A stretch of 64,000 nt of DNA. Origin: a bacterium (GTDB taxonomy: Bacteria; Patescibacteriota; Gracilibacteria; JAUYGZ01). The notes beneath the pieces were generated by a model. It saw only the letters and a program-made list of their open reading frames with translations. It was not told the origin of the DNA and did no database searches. The DNA lies in assembly GCA_030690415.1 (NCBI GenBank), contig JAUYGZ010000011.1:6269-70268 (forward strand), given 5' to 3'. Shown one piece after another: positions 15,001 to 21,000 of the stretch (the first letter of the stretch is position 1; every line of letters begins with the position of its first letter). A program made the translations under genes and the position numbers.

Positions 15001-18000
15001 TTTTCTTAAAGGTGGCATTGGATACCGACATCGGTCCCCAAACAACAATGTTTTGATTTGCCCCCGTTCCACCGTCTCCTTCCCATGTCCCACCCGTAAT
15101 AGCCAACGTGCTTGTGGTACCGGAGCTCCCCACGGTAACGGCTTTGGAATTCGTCTCGGTATCAAATATTCCGGCGGACTGAGTCAGTGTTCCTCCATTG
15201 GCCAAAGCGAGGTCACTCACCAACGCCAATGTTCCGGCGCCGGCATGAGAAACACTGTAAAACGCGGAACCCACGTTATTTAACGTCTGCGTCGTGAAGA
15301 CGGCCCCATCAAAGATCACGGTACCCGTACCCGGCGTGAAGGTTCCTCCGGTACGGTTCCAGTTTCCGTTCACCAAGAAAAGGCCGGAAGGAGCGGTCAG
15401 TGCCCCGGAAGAAAAAGTCATCACTCCATACACGGCCAGCGCTCCCGTGGAGCCGGTGTAGGTACCACCGGAGATGGTCAATCCTCCATTGAAAATCTGT
15501 GCCGCCGTCGGAGTCAGATACGTTCCGGTTCCACTCACCGTCGTAAGTCCTGTCACAGAAGTAAAATAACCACCTGGAGAATACGTCCCGCCCGTGATCG
15601 TCAGTGTTCCCAATGCCGTCAAATCATTCGACAAGCTCAAAGTCCCCGTCTTACTGACCGTCACATTGTTGAAGCTTGAAGTCGAATTAATCGCCTGCGC
15701 GGATCCTCCATTGAAAACCACCGATCCACTGTTGTGAGCAAAAACCCCTGTGAAATCACCTCCGACATTCGTCGTCGTTGAAGGAAGAGTCAAAGTCCCT
15801 GCTGTTCGACTCACATTCCCGGTCGCGGTCACCATACCGGAACCTCCTGTGAAAGTACCTGTACCTTCAACCGTCAAGTTTGCGACCGACGTGCCAAGAG
15901 TCGCTGGAGAATAGGTCCCTCCTGAAACCGTCAGCGTTCCCGCCGCTGCCAAAGCATTCGTCGACAAGGACAAAGTCCCTGTCTTACTCACCGTCACATT
16001 GTTGAAGCTTGAAGCCGAATTGATCGTCTGGGTGCTCGTCCCGTCGAAAATCACCGTTCCGCTTCCATGAGTAAAGCTGCCCGTAAAATCACCCGTCACG
16101 TTCGTCGTGGAGGAGCTCAGCGTCAGAGTCCCGGAAGTCCGGCTCACGCTCCCATTCACATCAATGGCTCCGGAGGAACCCGAAAAAGTCCCACCGGCCA
16201 CCGTCAAGCCGGTCACCATCGTCGTCCCGGTACTCTTATAATACGTTCCCCCATTGACCGTCAGAGTACCGTTGATCGTCGAATTGAACCCATCCTCATA
16301 AAACCCTCCATCCGTTATCGTAAGAGAACTCGCTGTAAAATTCGTATCCACCAAATGCAAAGATCCGGAAGGTCGATTGTAAACAACGGTACCCATGTTG
16401 AGACTATTCGTCCGAAGATTATGAGACCCCGCCCCGTCAAAAGTCCAGGTGCCGGAGACCGCCAGCGACCCCGCGGCATTGACAATAAGAGACTTGGCCA
16501 CGTTCACGTTCGTCGCGTTCAAATCTCCATCATCGATCCAGAGCACTCCATTCACGTCCAGATTCGTGGCGGAAAAAACCAAATCATCAGTACCGGAGGT
16601 TCCGGTATTATTGAGGGTTAAATTATTCAATACGCTCACCCCTGAATCCACCAATTGATCGGTCGTCCCATACAACTGCAGATTCCCATCATTGGCATCG
16701 AAAGTTCCATTTGGCGTGGTGATATTTCCCGCGACGCTCAAGTAGTTATCGTCTCCAGGAGCCTGAAAACTGGATGCCGTTCCAATACTTCCCACCTGCA
16801 GATTCCCGGCAACTCTCATCATGGGCTGGGTGCCATGGGTCGTTGTGCCCGTATAGGCAAAAATTCCCTGACCTCCTGCCCCCAGGATCAGATTCCCCGA
16901 CACCGTCAGGCGCTGTGTGCCAAGATTGACCGTCGCATCTCCACTGATATTAAAATCATTCGTAACCGTGAGCTCTCCTCCCGTGATCTGAAGAGGTCCT
17001 CCGAGCCACGCTGTGGCGACATTGACACTCAACACCAAATAATTTTGATCCACAATCGAGGGGGTACTTCCTGAGCCAACCCCCCAGGTTACAGAATCCG
17101 ACGAGGTAGGCTGACCATTCGGATTCCAGTTATTATCACAAGACCAGTTATAATTTGATCCACATCCACTGTCCCAGGAAGGGTCGAGATCAAAACCCGT
17201 ATTGTCCCCATGACTAAATGAGGGATATACCTTGATCAACTGACCAGAAAGATTATTCGCCCCTCCCCAAATCACGTATGAAATTTCAATTTGCCCCTTC
17301 GGATCCAGCATCCACTGCTCTCCATCATACACAACATTTCCTTCCGCGTCCTTCTTGATCTGATCTCCGTCATACACCAGCTTCCCTTGCCGTGTGGATC
17401 GAACTTCAATCAGATTTTCTTTATTCATTCCATCCGCCCCTACGATCCTGAATGATCCAAGCGTGGTCTGCGTCTTCCCCGCCTCGAAATACATATCCTT
17501 TCCTAGCTCAGTGGATTCGATATCATGCCAGGTGTTGTCACCGAAGATCGTTGAAGCCTGAGGACCGGCAAAAACAACTTTCGAAGCACCGGCCTCAAAA
17601 CTTCCCCGATTCACCCAGTCTCCGCTCACCACATACTCAACACCATCAGCCAACTGTAAACCCGCCCCTTCTTGAATGGTTAAATTCCCGGCCACCGTCA
17701 TCGGTTGAGATGCTGATCGAAGATCCAGAGATCGATCCATCTCAGCACCCCCTATGGTGATATTTTCGGAAATATTCAGAGAACTTTCAACCACCGTCGC
17801 GCCGGGAGTCGGTCCATCAAGGAAAAGTCCATGGAGAGAAAGCTCCATCTGCTCTCCTCCCAAGACCCCTCCCCCATCCAACGCCAAAGCTCCATCCGTA
17901 AGAGTGACTTGAGCGGGGGAACAATCCGAAGAACAAAATAAATTGCCTCCAAAAATGCTCACGTCGAAAGCTCCTGTCAAAGACCCTCCCCGAATATCAA

Positions 18001-21000
18001 TATTGCGCTCGACCAGAAGAGGAGACCGAAGCGTCCTGGCCCCCCCGAGGATCTGAAGAGCGTAAAAACCGGAATGTAAAGCTTCGGAAGAATCGATAAC
18101 ACCATCCGCGTCTCCTTCGAAAATCACCGTACTGGTCCCCGCGTGAAAAACATTGGTATTGATCCAGCTGCCCGACACGTGAATCGTTCTCGCTTCAGGA
18201 TAAAAAGTCCCTTCGTTGATCAAGTCGGTCACGGAAACATCTCCTCCCGGGCGATACACCGTCCCTGAAGCAATGGAAAGACTCATCCCTTCAGCGAGAA
18301 CCAGCCCTCCTTCTGGCGATATGGAGTAGAAATCCGACAAAGTCGTGGATCCTGAACCAAGAGCCAAAAGAGTGTTCGTAAACTCTACGCTCATGTCGCT
18401 CCGGATACTGACACGTCCCGCCACCAACTCAAGAGCTGTCGCCGTGTCTCCGGCCACGATCACCGTGGCTGCTCGATGAACACCATCATCGAAGAAGAAA
18501 CTCAAAACATCTCCGGCGCTCACGGTTGGCAAAATCATACTGGTCTGTCCTGAAGCGTCACTCAACCCTTTTTGAACGTCCGCCATTTCTCCATTGATCA
18601 GCACGGAAACCGACTTGGCGGCAAGCGGGATCCCCTCACCGTCAGAAACCACGGTAATCGGGTACACCTGCTGTTGAGCCAAAGCAGTGCTCCCCGGGAT
18701 CACCACGGAAGGATCAATCGCGATCGGAAATGAAATCGTGTCCTGGTCTTGGAGCTTCAGAGTAAAGACACCCTCGCTGTACCGAAAGAGAATCTGATCA
18801 TCGTGACGGATACCCTGAGCGTCGATGAAGAAAGGCGCGGCAACCAAAAAAGCCCCTTCAGCACCCACCCCGCGAGGGATGACAAGAAACCCTCCTTGCG
18901 CCCCGGCCAGGACCTGATATTGCTCCGGGTTTTCCAAAGCCCACTGAAACTGAAAAGGAACGGCTGGCCGATTATGGAGAACCAACCACTCTCTTTGCGT
19001 GCGGGTCTGAGCGTCGTAAAAATACGAAAAAATGTCATTGGCCCCTTCCTGATTCACGAAGCTCAAGAGTCCATAATGATTTTCCACCCGATAGACATCA
19101 TCCGTGAGAGGCTTCAGCACCATGCTCCCCCGCGCTCCGGAATACCGGATACCTCCCACAAAATCCTTGGAAAAAGTCACGAGCGCTTCTCCCTCCTGAA
19201 GAGGCTGAAGAACCGTGTCGTCCTGAAAAGCGGCCACCGGCTGTTGCTCGACAAGATTGAGAGCAATCGCTTCTCCGTCGCTTAAACGACCATACTTCCG
19301 CTGATCCTGGACGGAGCTGAGATCAAGGGTGGGATTGGAAAAAAGCCGTTCAATAAATCCCTGGGTCTGATAGACCAAAGGTTTGATCGCTTTTCGAAAC
19401 GTTTCATATCGTTTGGCGAACCATTGGTCTTCCGAAAGTCCCGAAAGGGCTTCCAAGGGAAACGGTGCTTTTTTTTGAGCAAGCTCTTCAAGAGTAAAAT
19501 CTCCCTGGAAAAAAGACCCCTCTGATTCCCCCACCACCAAAGGGGTCGTCCCGGGGTGAACCGAAAGAGTGGCCTCATAAGACGCGGCGACTTGTTCTTT
19601 GAGAGAAGAAAAAGCATCAAGATCCAACCAACTCGTCTCCAAAAACCCAAAGATCCCCGCTCCGGAAAGAGCCGTTCCGGTAATTTTATAATTCGCCGTC
19701 ACATCATTCATCAGCTCATCCAATGGCCTCAAATCTCCCTTTTGATCAACCAGATCAACCAGAATTTCCACATCTCCTTCGACGGCATCGATCACCCGAA
19801 ACGGAACCCCTATCTGATCCTTCTGAACAACAATTCTCCCGGGACAATCATCCGTCACTTCTTCCAGGAGATTGGTCTCAAGTCGGGGGCAAATAAAAAC
19901 ACCCGCCGCGAGATTAAGATTGGGAAGGTAAAGCGATCGATCACGCGCGGACTCCACGGTCCTCTGTTTCGTAAACACCACATGGGTCTCATCACCTTCC
20001 ACCTCCAGCCCGGGAACAAACTGAAACTTTCCTTGTTGCAAGAACTGCTTCAGACTATTTCCGTTCTCATTCTGAACCGACTTTGGATTCGAACGCTCAT
20101 CAGAAACCCCTTGAGCGTAAGCCTTCCGAATGCCATAGAAAAATGTCGTTGGTTCAGGAGACACCGGCGCCATCTCCGGAGACACTGAATCTCCCTCAGA
20201 CCTAATCTCTTCAGAGCCGGAGGAGTTCCCCCTGATAAGGGGGTCAGGGGGTCCGGGGGGGAGAGGCCCCTCCTGCGAATACTCTTCCTGCGCCTGCTGA
20301 AGCAGCTCCGTCAAATCCAGCTGAAAAGACGCTCGTAACAATCCGGATGACCTCTCGATAATCCGAATCTCGTAAAGATTTTGCTCCAAAAGAATAAACT
20401 GAAGATCGTACCGCTCTGGGTCGGGATTGACCACGATCTGATCGATCAGATCCGAAAGCAACTGCTCTGGAGAAAAATCAGGAACAAGCTCAACGGGACC
20501 CTCCACGCCAACGCCATCGGGAGGAAGCTGCCCCTCCCCCGGAGGAAGAACCTCAGGATTGGGAAGAAATTCTTCAGGAAGAACAGTCACATCAGTCGGA
20601 AGTTCCTCCGCTGAACCATGAACCGTCTCTTCTCCCGGCACTGAAGATTCTTGACCGGGAGGGACTAAAGCTCCCTCGCCAGGAAGGACCGGAGTCTCTT
20701 CCCCGGGAAGCTGTTCTTCATCAGGGCGTCTTGGCTGATCGAGAGGAACCTGGTCCACCGGCACTTCGGAAATGTGGTCTTCCGGAATCTCGAGAGAGAC
20801 TGACTGTGTCACTGAAAAGAGATCTACGCCTTCAAACAAGAGCCTCCCTTTCCCATCCACCTGCAATTCAAAAGGCTGAGGAAAAATACTCTCAATCTCT
20901 CCACTGGCCATAAGGGCTCTTATGGGAAAATTAGGAGAGTCCGTTTCACCACTGAGCAGGAGATAGGAATCAATACTATTATGTAAAACGGCTGTATCAG